Counted from the first letter of the stretch, positions 8,536 to 17,786 are shown. The stretch is DNA of 64,000 nucleotides from Prevotella sp. CAG:755 (GCA_963931215.1 OZ006989.1:1183816-1247815); one strand, 5' to 3'. Notes: generated from the sequence alone by a model not told the origin. Program-made: numbers and translations.

Positions 8536-9786
8536 TTATTTTAAGGATTCACATTTCTCTGGGTAATCTGGTATATCATTCCCATAATCCTTAGTTTGCT
8601 CACACTCATGAAAGAAGTCATCTTCACTGAAGATCCGCAAACCTTTGTATTTGCCATGCCATAGTTCGTTGAATACGGGCATCAGACCGTTTTCCCACTC
8701 CACCGCGGTTCTGGAATAACGCTCCATCGAGGCGGATGTCAGAACGGCCGAGTCATTGTAGGCGCCCAACAATTCGTCGAACGACGGACGTACAAGTTCG
8801 CGCAGTTCCTTTCGTAATTCCTTGTGCCGGGCTTTGGTCATTTTGGGGAAGGAAGATACGGCCGGAGTCTGCAGAAGTTGCGTGCGGGCTGAGTCCTTGA
8901 CCGGCACGGATGGCATCGCTGCAGCGCCTTGTTCGTCGGTCTTAGCCTGATCGGGAACTTTCTCCGGTATCGTTTGGGACGGTTCTTCTTCCTGACGGTT
9001 TTCTTTTGGGTATGTAATCAAGAAAGCGGTTACAACCAGCAAGGCGGCAGCAATGGCGTAGGCCGCTTTATGCCAGTGGGCCTTGCGGAAGGCGGCAGCC
9101 TTCAGCTCGTCCACAGTCTGGTAGCGTAAGGCCTTCTCCTCCGCCGTGCATCGTTTGGCTATCTTTCCGTACCGGGAAGCACACGGCAGCTGCTGCAATA
9201 TCTTGCCAATGGCATAGATGTCCGTGCGTTCATCCGCCTTGCCATCTTCTTCCTTCTGTTCAGGGGCCGCGTAAAAGTCCGTCCTTCCCGTCGTATCGGG
9301 AAACCCGTCCGTATAGCAGAAACCGAAATCAATGATCCGGACATCATGGCCGATGTCCGTGAGGAGGATGTTCTGCGGCTTCAGGTCGATGTGGAGCACC
9401 TGGTGGGCGTGAAGATACCCTACGACGTCGAGCAATTGTTGAAGGAAGCGGTCGGCGTTCTCCATTTTTTGAAAGTATCCGGGATGGCTCGCCAGGAACG
9501 CCTCCAGTGTCTCGCCCTCCACATATTCCATGATGATGTAGTCCTCGCCGCGCGACACGTATCTCACAAGACCGGGATGTTCGAGGGTGAAGCCAGTTTC
9601 AAACTCCTTTTGCAGGATGGCACGGTAAAGCGGATCGGAGGCGAATGCCGGCTTCAGACGCTTCATGAAATACATCTTTCCATAAAGCCTGACACGGAAT
9701 CCGTCACACGTCGAACCGTTGGCGGCCATGGGCATGGCCTCGCCCGTCAGGTCGTGGGCTGAATTGTCAAACGACGAGTTCTCCAT
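8536..9786 (-). CDS. Membrane-anchored Ser/Thr protein kinase, truncated by the IS
   Basis: YFMKRLK, HIDLKPQN, IIDFG, APE, DIYAIG, TM helix AAYAIAAALLVVTAFLITY. The residues after KDY (GNDIPDYPEKCESLK) are read from the IS end. Confidence 0.88.
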   Translation of the reverse strand: MENSSFDNSAHDLTGEAMPMAANGSTCDGFRVRLYGKMYFMKRLKPAFASDPLYRAILQKEFETGFTLEHPGLVRYVSRGEDYIIMEYVEGETLEAFLASHPGYFQKMENADRFLQQLLDVVGYLHAHQVLHIDLKPQNILLTDIGHDVRIIDFGFCYTDGFPDTTGRTDFYAAPEQKEEDGKADERTDIYAIGKILQQLPCASRYGKIAKRCTAEEKALRYQTVDELKAAAFRKAHWHKAAYAIAAALLVVTAFLITYPKENRQEEEPSQTIPEKVPDQAKTDEQGAAAMPSVPVKDSARTQLLQTPAVSSFPKMTKARHKELRKELRELVRPSFDELLGAYNDSAVLTSASMERYSRTAVEWENGLMPVFNELWHGKYKGLRIFSEDDFFHECEQTKDYGNDIPDYPEKCESLK

Positions 9787-10330
9787 CTTTCAAGATTCTC
9801 AAGGCGGTCAATCCGCCAACCTTGCCGGCCGTATATGAGCCGAGGCTTTCGCCGTCGCGCCTTACATCGCTGACATATAAGGGGTACTTGCGCATCATGT
9901 GCCAGATTTCCAGCTCGTCACCGGCGCAGAGCTTGCTGTTCACGCTTTTCTCCACCAGATACTTGTGATCGCCTATGTTGCGGATAATTAGTTCGCGGTC
10001 CGGCTTATAGGTCAGGCGCACCCGTGAACCGACAGTGACCCGATCCACAATGTCGGGCGGGTTGAAGCCCGAGCTGTACATCTTGTCTCCCATCTTGGAG
10101 AGCATGTTCCAGTTGTCATAGCCCAGATATCGGGCGATGATGTCGAGGGTGGAAACGCGCGGCTGCTCGTCCTCCAGAAGGCCGAGCAGCCGCTTCATCG
10201 TGTTCAATCCGAACGGCTGGCCTGTCTTGCCCTCGATGTCCAGCACCAAGCGCTCGACATCTGACGAGGTGCTCAAATCGCTTCCCGACTTTTTCTTTAA
10301 CTCTTCTTGAACTTGGAATGGCAGTATCAT
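9767..10330 (-). CDS. Hypothetical protein with an N-terminal HTH-like domain, coupled to the kinase
   Basis: GLNTMKRLLG..PRVSTLDIIARYLGYDNW resembles an HTH/Xre helix pattern; overlaps the kinase start. Confidence 0.65.
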   Translation of the reverse strand: MILPFQVQEELKKKSGSDLSTSSDVERLVLDIEGKTGQPFGLNTMKRLLGLLEDEQPRVSTLDIIARYLGYDNWNMLSKMGDKMYSSGFNPPDIVDRVTVGSRVRLTYKPDRELIIRNIGDHKYLVEKSVNSKLCAGDELEIWHMMRKYPLYVSDVRRDGESLGSYTAGKVGGLTALRILKDGELVV

Positions 10331-10682
10331 AGTTGATTGCTTTAGATTGGCATTATAAGAATCTCAGTTCACTTTCCGTACCCCTTAGGCTTTATGGTTG
10401 TGAACAGCGCACTGGTTCGTCCTACAAAATTATAATATTTTCTAATATCCGACCATTGTTGTCCATGCTATCCTTGTAATTTCCTTCAAATGACCTCATG
10501 CTTCCCGTAATTGCGTCGGCAAATTAGGAACTGTATTAGCGAAAAGTGTTAAATGGATGAGTTTGAGCTTGTCAAGCGCAAGGATTGATTAAATTTGCAT
10601 GGTTGGTCAATATGAACACTACAAACGACGCATGGCCTTCGTCTGGTTGATATATGACTGCACACGTAAAACAGAAAAGATT

Positions 10683-11918
10683 ATGGCTGAGATATTCTAT
10701 CATGGTTCGTCCCGTCTATTCACCAAGTTCAACCTGGATTTCGCGTTGGAAGGCACAGGAAAGGTGAAGTTCGGCTTCGGTATATATGTGACTTCCAATT
10801 TCGCATCGGCTGCCAACTATTCGAAGACACCCGATGGCGGGGCCGATGAGAGGCATTATGTATATACCCTGGAAGTGATCGGCAAGACCAAGTCGAACTA
10901 TATAAGCTATGTCGAGCCGGTCAATCCGCTGATTGTACGGAAAGCCCAAGAGAAACTTCAGGGGGAAATACCGCCTGCATATGCTGCCAACGGCAAGCTT
11001 TTCCGCAAGTACATAGGGATTAGGCTGTCCCATGCGGAAGCTGAATGGAGCAAGCTGTCCCAAGTCACTGACCCGGACAAGGCAAAGTTGCAAGTGGGCA
11101 TCGAGGAAGAGAAGGCCGCTTCCATGCTTCTCCTTCAAATTGGAGTGAAAATGATTGAATGGCCCTATTCATGGAGGGCTGGAGAGACGCGTTTCAACAG
11201 GGCCATCCTTAAGGCTGAAAACATCAGAATCCTGAAAATCGAAGAGGTAAGGCTTGACGAGAAAGGGAAATACATCGAAGGATCCAACACGCTTGTCAAG
11301 GACATGGGCACCAATCCCCATTCCCTGGCGCCGCTCATCAGAGCGCATTATCCTGAATATTGGGGAATGAAGGAATATCCGGCTGACAAGTGCGTTACCA
11401 TACACAAGCTGGACGAGGAATGGGGCATATTCTGCAATTTCGCCAGGACTCCGCTGGTGGTGCAGGGCATACGGTTCAATACAGCCGAGCATCTCTTCCA
11501 AGTCCTGAAATTCAAGGAGGCGGAATGCGTATGGGATGTCTATAACGCCCCGAACCCCAAGATGCCGGCCAAGAAACTGGAAACGCTCCACCGCCGTCCC
11601 GATTGGGGGATGATCTTCATCGACGTGATGAAGTTCTGTTTGATGACGAAATACGAACAGAGCAAGGAGTTCCGCGAAAAGTTGGACGAAACAAGTGGAA
11701 TGTATATCGTGGAGGACCAGAGCACGTTCAAGAAGCCGGCAGACGCATGGGGCGTAAAACTCGAAAGGCCGGCAGACGGCAAACTCCCTCAAAAATATCT
11801 CGGCCCCAATATTCTCGGCAGGTTGCTTATGGAACTCAGGGATCGGGGAACGCTTGAATACGCCCTTCCCGATGATATTCTGGACGGTTTGGCCTGCATA
11901 AAGGTCTCACAGCCTTAA
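10683..11918 (+). CDS. ADP-ribosyltransferase-like domain fused to a NADAR (DUF1768/YbiA) domain
   Basis: N-terminus YHGS..F..F..GKVKFGFGIYVT..A..YS (PARP-like H-Y). C-terminus FCNF..TAEHLFQ..KF..KY.Q..L..IVED..WG..GPNILGRLLMELR (NADAR). Confidence 0.78.
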   Translation: MAEIFYHGSSRLFTKFNLDFALEGTGKVKFGFGIYVTSNFASAANYSKTPDGGADERHYVYTLEVIGKTKSNYISYVEPVNPLIVRKAQEKLQGEIPPAYAANGKLFRKYIGIRLSHAEAEWSKLSQVTDPDKAKLQVGIEEEKAASMLLLQIGVKMIEWPYSWRAGETRFNRAILKAENIRILKIEEVRLDEKGKYIEGSNTLVKDMGTNPHSLAPLIRAHYPEYWGMKEYPADKCVTIHKLDEEWGIFCNFARTPLVVQGIRFNTAEHLFQVLKFKEAECVWDVYNAPNPKMPAKKLETLHRRPDWGMIFIDVMKFCLMTKYEQSKEFREKLDETSGMYIVEDQSTFKKPADAWGVKLERPADGKLPQKYLGPNILGRLLMELRDRGTLEYALPDDILDGLACIKVSQP

Positions 11919-12295
11919 GCTGCTGGACGTTTCCTCAAAGACGCCCTGAAGTTCTCCACAAGGCATGAAGTCTTTCGCAAGAGAGATCTCATGCACATAT
12001 AATATCTTTTATTTTCTGGTTAAGCTTAATTCTACGATACAAACGCACCGCTCATTTCAGTATTATGGTTGCTGCAACCGCTACTGTTGGATGCTTCATA
12101 TTATTCGTGTAATACTGAGTCTTGGGATAAATAATGACTTTTTTCTCAAGGACATCTTATTACTAAAATGACAAGGCTTCGGAGCTGTCCATTCCTTGTC
12201 TAAGATTATCCCTTTCTTGTCCGATTAACAGCTTCAAATGGAGTTTTAGCGCAAATGCTTGTGGTTTTATTATTTGTTCTAACTCTTAAGGCAAT

Positions 12296-12565
12296 TGCAT
12301 TTTTTTTCTTTCTCCTCCTGGCACCCCGCTGCGGTGGATTTCCCGATACAAAGCTACGGCGGGCAGCGGTGGCGGCAAGCGGCGCTGTGCTTGGCTGGCC
12401 GGCAAACCGCCAGTAGCCTTCCGCGATTTGTGCCAAATCGGGTATTCCGTCCGTTTCCCGTCCGCCACGCTTGCCTTGTGCCGCTTGTTCCCTCCGTGAC
12501 GCAAGTATCGTAAAACCTCCCCGGAGCGAGAAGCCGAAAGGCTTCAAACAAAAGGGAAAAAAATT
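12296..12565 (+). promoter_or_regulatory. Structured non-coding element ahead of leading-region genes (possible ssDNA promoter)
   Basis: Multiple complementary segments: T7-C / G-A7 ends, CGATAC/GTATCG, CAAGCGGC/GCCGCTTG, GTGGCGG/CCGCCAC, GATTTG-tgc-CAAATC. Confidence 0.45.
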
Positions 12566-12572
12566 CAGAACT

Positions 12573-13059
12573 ATGCACAGCAACATCATTCAAGTCAGCA
12601 ACAAGCCCATAGCAAAGGGCGAACACATCTCCATCGACAGCGTGACAGCAGGTGACATGGCATCAATAGACTATGCCTACAAAACAAGCGAGGAAAGGCG
12701 CAAGCTGGAAATCACCGACCTTGTGGGCTACATTCTGCCCAAAGGCATGTTCACAGTCAATTCCGATGGCGAGACATTGACCTACAAAGGCGGCTTCAAC
12801 GAGTGGCGCAAAAGCTACCTTGACAGCATCCGAACCAAGGCACAAGAGGTTGACGAGGGGAACATAATGCAATGGATAGGCCCGGCCTACCAGCTGCAAA
12901 AGGCCATTCTCAACCCCCGGGCACTGACACGCTTTTAGTCACTGAGTTCTATGGCGGTGGCGGTATGGCGGAACGTTCAAGGGAACTGATGACCATGATA
13001 GGCAACATGCAAGCAGGGGAACGGCTCTACATGGGGCGGTACTTGGCTATCACTTTTAA
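12573..13059 (+). pseudogene. Bacteroidales ICE hypothetical gene with two apparent single-base deletions
   Basis: ORF 12471-12938 appears to continue in the ORF 12872-13114 frame (GTDTLLVTEF...) after AACCCCCGGG (~12915). Another base in ATGGGG (~13035) would give a clean end at TAA 13057-13059. Confidence 0.5.
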
Positions 13060-13097
13060 TCCAATCGCAAACTTTCAAAACTCCAAAACTCACGGCT

Positions 13098-13334
13098 ATG
13101 GAACGCACAACTGAAAAGATACCCACATGGGCGCTTTGCCATCTCATCAACTCTGACCCGACCGGACTGACGGACGAGGACATCCGCATGATTGACGAGT
13201 GGTATGAACGGAACAAGGTCACAATCGTTTGCACCGCATCTGACCTAGAGGGAAACTGCAACCCCTACTTCACCCACTATCCGGCCTTCGGGCTTCCCAC
13301 CGATGTCATCGACTGCGATGTACTGACACGCTGA
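13098..13334 (+). CDS. Conserved Bacteroidales mobile-element hypothetical protein (78 aa)
   Basis: IPTWALCHLINSDPTGLTDEDI motif; sits in an operon with the PcfK/PcfJ-like genes. Confidence 0.7.
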   Translation: MERTTEKIPTWALCHLINSDPTGLTDEDIRMIDEWYERNKVTIVCTASDLEGNCNPYFTHYPAFGLPTDVIDCDVLTR

Positions 13335-13359
13335 ATAAACCATTTAAACAAGGATATAT

Positions 13360-13785
13360 ATGAAAGGAACTGAGCAATTCAAGGAAATTATCAAGGATTA
13401 TCTTGACAACAGGGCAAAGGAAGATGAACTCTTCCGTGCCAAGTATGAAGCTTCGACACGTACCATTGACGATGTGGTGACATTCATACTGAACGAAGTA
13501 AAGAATTCGGGCTGCTGTGGTTTCTCCGACATGGAGATATTTTCAATGGCTGTCCACGTGATAGATGAACCCGGCCTTGAAATAGGCAAGCCGCTGCAAT
13601 GCGGTGTGGTGGTCAACCGCCACATAGAGCTGACCGAGGAGGAGAAGGCCGAGCAAAGGAGGCTCGCAATACAACGCTACCAGGAGGTGGAACTCCGAAA
13701 GATAAGGGAGCGGAACGAAAGGAAGAAATCACGAAAACCGCAAGAGGACTGCCCTACGATACCCACACTCTTTGACAACTTCTGA
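13360..13785 (+). CDS. PcfK-like protein (family containing AcrIIA9)
   Basis: MKGTEQFKEIIKDYLDNRAKEDELF..CGFSDMEIFSMAVH..VVNRHIELTEEEK pattern, directly upstream of the PcfJ-like gene. Confidence 0.82.
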   Translation: MKGTEQFKEIIKDYLDNRAKEDELFRAKYEASTRTIDDVVTFILNEVKNSGCCGFSDMEIFSMAVHVIDEPGLEIGKPLQCGVVVNRHIELTEEEKAEQRRLAIQRYQEVELRKIRERNERKKSRKPQEDCPTIPTLFDNF

Positions 13786-13788
13786 GCC

Positions 13789-15006
13789 ATGAAACCGAGG
13801 ACGAAATTACAGCAAGCGGTCACAGCCTCCAACGGGAGGCTGGCTGCCATCAAGCCCAATGCTGTTAGTTGGGCAATGGGGAAAGTGGTGGGGCACTACG
13901 CTTTCTGCACTTCCAGCCACAAGTGCACGTGCGGTGACTGCGGACACAAGTTTGACATCAAGGGGAAAGGCAAGCACACCCGATGCCCCGAATGCGGACG
14001 CAGGCTGGAGGTGGTTCACACGCTGAGACGCAAGCAGCACTCATTCGCCTACTTCTCTACCATGGAGGCCGTTGACGGAATGCAGGTGCAAAGGGTGTTC
14101 CTGCTGAAAGCTGTTTACAGCAAGGGGAGCATGGCCTTGACATCGAGGAAGAGGAACATGGGGTATTACATGGACTGCTTCAACCGGTCATCGGACATTG
14201 AGCTGAGGAGCATGGCCGATGTGCATTGGGTAATATCTGACACCTACGTTTATCCGCACTATTCCACGATACCGCAACTGAGGCGCAACGGCATGAGGGG
14301 CTTCATTCCCGACTGCCACCCAATGAGGCAGGCAAGGGCGTTGCTTTCGGACTGCCGCATCGAGACCATGATGAAGGCCCGGGACTTCAAGGCGGTGGAG
14401 TATTTCGTGAGCCACATGGCCGACCTTGACATGTACTGGAACGCTTACAAGATTGCCCGGCGGCACCGCTATGCGCCCACGGACTATGGCTTGTGGTGCG
14501 ACATGGTAAGGCTGCTCGACAAGTGCGGACGTGACACCCGGAGCGTGAAGTATATCTGCCCCGAAAACCTGAAAGTGGAGCATGACAGGTGGCTCGCCAA
14601 GGTCACTGCCATGGAGGAAAGGCGCAGGGAGATGGAGAGGCTGGCGAAGGCCAAGGAACACGAAAAGGAGTTCTACGCCACGAAGTCACGCTACTTCGGG
14701 ATTGTCATCAAGGACGGTGAACTTGAAATATCCGTTCTTGATTCGATAGAGGCCTACAAGGAAGAGGGAGACCAATTGAAACATTGTGTATTCAAGTGCG
14801 AGTATTATGCAAAGGCGGACTCACTCATATTGTCGGCACACGACCGGCTGGGCAACCGCATTGAGACCGTGGAGCTGGACTTGCAGCAGGGGAAAGTGGT
14901 ACAGAGTAGGGGAATATGCAACTCCAACACCGAATACCACGACCGGATTGTCAAGCTGGTCAATGACAACGCCCACCTGTTCATCAAGGCAAAGCAAACA
15001 GCATAG
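13789..15006 (+). CDS. PcfJ-like protein
   Basis: MKPRTKLQ start, CxxC..CPEC Zn ribbon, C-terminal EGDQLKHCVF..YY..LILSA..RIETVE..QSRG. Confidence 0.88.
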   Translation: MKPRTKLQQAVTASNGRLAAIKPNAVSWAMGKVVGHYAFCTSSHKCTCGDCGHKFDIKGKGKHTRCPECGRRLEVVHTLRRKQHSFAYFSTMEAVDGMQVQRVFLLKAVYSKGSMALTSRKRNMGYYMDCFNRSSDIELRSMADVHWVISDTYVYPHYSTIPQLRRNGMRGFIPDCHPMRQARALLSDCRIETMMKARDFKAVEYFVSHMADLDMYWNAYKIARRHRYAPTDYGLWCDMVRLLDKCGRDTRSVKYICPENLKVEHDRWLAKVTAMEERRREMERLAKAKEHEKEFYATKSRYFGIVIKDGELEISVLDSIEAYKEEGDQLKHCVFKCEYYAKADSLILSAHDRLGNRIETVELDLQQGKVVQSRGICNSNTEYHDRIVKLVNDNAHLFIKAKQTA

Positions 15007-15028
15007 TTCCTGATATATATGTTCAGAG

Positions 15029-15067
15029 CACCGTCTTGCGCCGGAAGGCGCAGGGCGGTGTGTTTTT
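15029..15067 (+). terminator. Rho-independent terminator
   Basis: CACCGTCTTGCGCC-GGAA-GGCGCAGGGCGGTG followed by TGTTTTT. Confidence 0.8.
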
Positions 15068-15300
15068 AAAGAAGTCAGAGTTTTTCAAAGATTGTATCAA
15101 AAGTATAACGTAAGCCAAAATCATTCGTTAAAGCTAATTTACTTCGCACAAAATCAATTAAAATTATCTCGTACAAAACATTTTTCCTCGTCAAGCTGTA
15201 ACTGAATGGTTGTTTTTGCTGAAACAACTTGCTCCGTTTTCGTTAAGAATAGATACTCTTTCACTATGCCATGAATGTATGTTTTTAGATTGTTCAAAAT

Positions 15301-15522
15301 TTATTTTGTCTTTTCGGCAATCATTGATTTCGCTTGATTCATCACTTCAATAAACGTTGCTATGTTAGATGAGTCAAGAAATTCAGCAGAACGTGAGGTA
15401 TACCCTTTTGTGTAAATGAATGCCGTCCACTTACTTTTAGCATTAGAATAAAATGCCCCAAGTCTGAGGTTGTCTAAAGTCTTGTATTCAACTTCTGTGT
15501 AAACATCAGGAGTACTCAACAA
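15301..15522 (-). CDS. Hypothetical protein or gene fragment
   Basis: 73-aa ORF with a TTG start right after an in-frame stop, in AT-rich sequence. Confidence 0.3.
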   Translation of the reverse strand: MLSTPDVYTEVEYKTLDNLRLGAFYSNAKSKWTAFIYTKGYTSRSAEFLDSSNIATFIEVMNQAKSMIAEKTK

Positions 15523-16011
15523 CTAAAAGAAAGGAGGTAAGTAGAAACATCATAATATAGTCAACATAGCCAATCATAGCGCAACTTTACAGGCGTTCAT
15601 TACGGCTATTTGATGATAATCCTACTTTAGACCATTGCTAGTCATATCTCGCAGCTTACAAATCACGTACAAAAATACTGTAATGTACTGAATTACAGTA
15701 GGGTATTACAGAGATCCAAGCTGCGGTTGAAGAGTAATAGGGCTTTTCGAGCCAAAATTTCCGAGACTGCAAGAAAGCGCGTACAAAACACTTACAAAAG
15801 CATTCTAACTCACTGAGTGTTAGATGCAAATCAAAGTGGCGCAGGGCTGTAGAGGAACAAATGTAACCACCATAGCATTAGTAAAAACCGGCAAGCAGGC
15901 ATGTCCTATAGCTTGCCGGTTTTTCTTCTAAAAAAACGCACGATTTTTTTAATCACAGAGTATAAAATCGCCGTTTTATTCTTATGTTTGCCTCACGAAA
16001 ACATAGGAAAT

Positions 16012-16494
16012 ATGCCACGAAAGACTTTTCAATTCGATTATGACGTTTGCGACCTGAAAGACCTATCCTCTACCGAAAGAGAGTTAATTGGAACTGCAAA
16101 AAAGGCCTGCGAAACGTCCTATGCCCCGTATTCGCACTTCCACGTAGGTGCAGCTGCCCTACTCGACGACGGCACGATCTTCATGGGAAGCAATCAGGAA
16201 AACGCATCGTTCACAGTAGGCACATGCGCAGAACGATGTACAATCTACGCCGCTCACGCCCATTATCCCGCCAGTCGCATCCGGGCACTCGCCATTGCAG
16301 CAAAAAACAGTGACGGCAAGTTCCTCAAACTTCCGATCACTCCTTGCGGCGCTTGTCGACAAGCCTTGCTAGAAACCGAGCAACACCAAAAAAGTCCGAT
16401 ACTCATCCTGCTTTACGGAACGACACACATATATCGTCTGGAAAAGGCAGCAGATCTGCTTCCACTTCATTTCGACAGCGAAGCTCTCGGCTAA
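16012..16494 (+). CDS. cdd: Cytidine deaminase
   Basis: YAPYSHFHVGAA, GSNQENAS, CAER, PCGACRQ. Confidence 0.93.
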   Translation: MPRKTFQFDYDVCDLKDLSSTERELIGTAKKACETSYAPYSHFHVGAAALLDDGTIFMGSNQENASFTVGTCAERCTIYAAHAHYPASRIRALAIAAKNSDGKFLKLPITPCGACRQALLETEQHQKSPILILLYGTTHIYRLEKAADLLPLHFDSEALG

Positions 16495-16540
16495 ATGAGG
16501 CAGGACCTCTCCAACGGCTTACGACTAGGCCAGACCAATT

Positions 16541-17284
16541 CTATTTACCCGACCGAAAAAGCGGAATATGCTTCATTTCGCGCATGATTTGACGCTGGCG
16601 CTTCATCGTGTAGCGTGATGGAGAGGCTGAATTGTACTTTCTTGGATTGGGGAGTGTCGCCGCAACAAGCGCACACTGCGCCCGTGTCAATTCATCAGCC
16701 GTACACCCGAAATGCAACTGAGCTACTGCTTCCGCGCCATATATGCCGTTGCCCATTTCTATACTGTTCAAATAGACTTCCATAATACGCTCTTTCGACC
16801 AGAGAAGTTCTATCAACACTGTGAAATAGACTTCGAAACCTTTCCTTACCCACGTCGATTTGGGCCATAGGAACACATTCTTCGCTGTTTGCTGACTGAT
16901 CGTGCTGCCTCCTCGCCGGCGGCCACCTTCAAGATGCTCCATATAGGCCTGACGGACAGCCTTGAAATCAAAACCGTGATGGCGGGTGAAATTCTGGTCC
17001 TCGGAAGCTATCACAGCGACCGGCAAGTACTTTGACATCTTTGTCAATGGCACCCAATGGTGGCGCAAACGAATCGGCTCGCCATCTCCGACCTGCTGCA
17101 CGCAACGAATGACCATCAATGGAGTCAACGGTACAGGCAACCACCGGTATAACAGCACCGTGCCGACCGTAGACAGAAAGAAGAAAAGGAACAGCCAACG
17201 AAAGAGATGCAGCAGCGTGGCCCCTAACACATATTTTGAAATCGACATGTCTGTTGTGCGTTTACACTGAAAGTTCCCCCTCAA
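16541..17284 (-). CDS. mtgA: Monofunctional peptidoglycan transglycosylase
   Basis: [33 protein letters not shown]. Confidence 0.93.
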   Translation of the reverse strand: MRGNFQCKRTTDMSISKYVLGATLLHLFRWLFLFFFLSTVGTVLLYRWLPVPLTPLMVIRCVQQVGDGEPIRLRHHWVPLTKMSKYLPVAVIASEDQNFTRHHGFDFKAVRQAYMEHLEGGRRRGGSTISQQTAKNVFLWPKSTWVRKGFEVYFTVLIELLWSKERIMEVYLNSIEMGNGIYGAEAVAQLHFGCTADELTRAQCALVAATLPNPRKYNSASPSRYTMKRQRQIMREMKHIPLFRSGK

Positions 17285-17333
17285 GCCTTGTCCAGGCCGA
17301 AGGGGGAACTAAATAAATTTACGAGTTTACGGT

Positions 17334-17786
17334 TCAGAACGGCAGGTCGTCTACATTGCCACCAGCACCACCCATCATATCCATACCGGCCGCAACACCA
17401 GAGGATGCCGTCCCAAATCCAGCAGATTCAGAAGCGGGTGCCACGGGCTGTTCAACGGCCGGAGCAGGCTGTATTGAAGCCGCGACAACCGGCTGTCCAT
17501 CCGAGGGAACAGACACATTGCGATCCACTCTCCATGCCGACACGTCGTTATACCAACGGCCGTTATACTCGTGAGCATCTATATCGAAAGAAACACGTAA
17601 CACTTCACCCAACTGCACATTCATCTGATTGAGTCGATCTTCGCCAAAGATGCGGAACACACACTTCCGGGGATACTGATCAAATGTTTCTATGACAAAC
17701 TCCTGCGATTTCCACGCTGCACCCGTACGGGCCGACGTACCGCCACGAGCGGGCAGGACCGCGATGATTTTTCCTTCTATTTCCAT
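17334..17786 (-). CDS. DUF3127 family OB-fold protein (SSB-like)
   Basis: MEIEGKII..WKSQEFVIET..YP..WYNDVSAW, acidic DDLPF tail. Confidence 0.85.
   Translation of the reverse strand: MEIEGKIIAVLPARGGTSARTGAAWKSQEFVIETFDQYPRKCVFRIFGEDRLNQMNVQLGEVLRVSFDIDAHEYNGRWYNDVSAWRVDRNVSVPSDGQPVVAASIQPAPAVEQPVAPASESAGFGTASSGVAAGMDMMGGAGGNVDDLPF

Larger units (their letters stand above)
6182..8583 (+). mobile_element. IS1595-family element with passenger genes (tIS), 2402 bp
   Basis: 25-bp terminal inverted repeats GGGAATGATATACCAGATT(G/A)CCCAG at 6182-6206 and 8559-8583. 8-bp target duplication ATAATCTT (6174-6181) / ATAATCCT (8584-8591). Encodes a DDE transposase. Confidence 0.9.

Noticed and set aside
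15528-15545. SD-like AAAGGAGGT near the island end
   Set aside because: No ATG at a usable distance, unlike the 23246 case.
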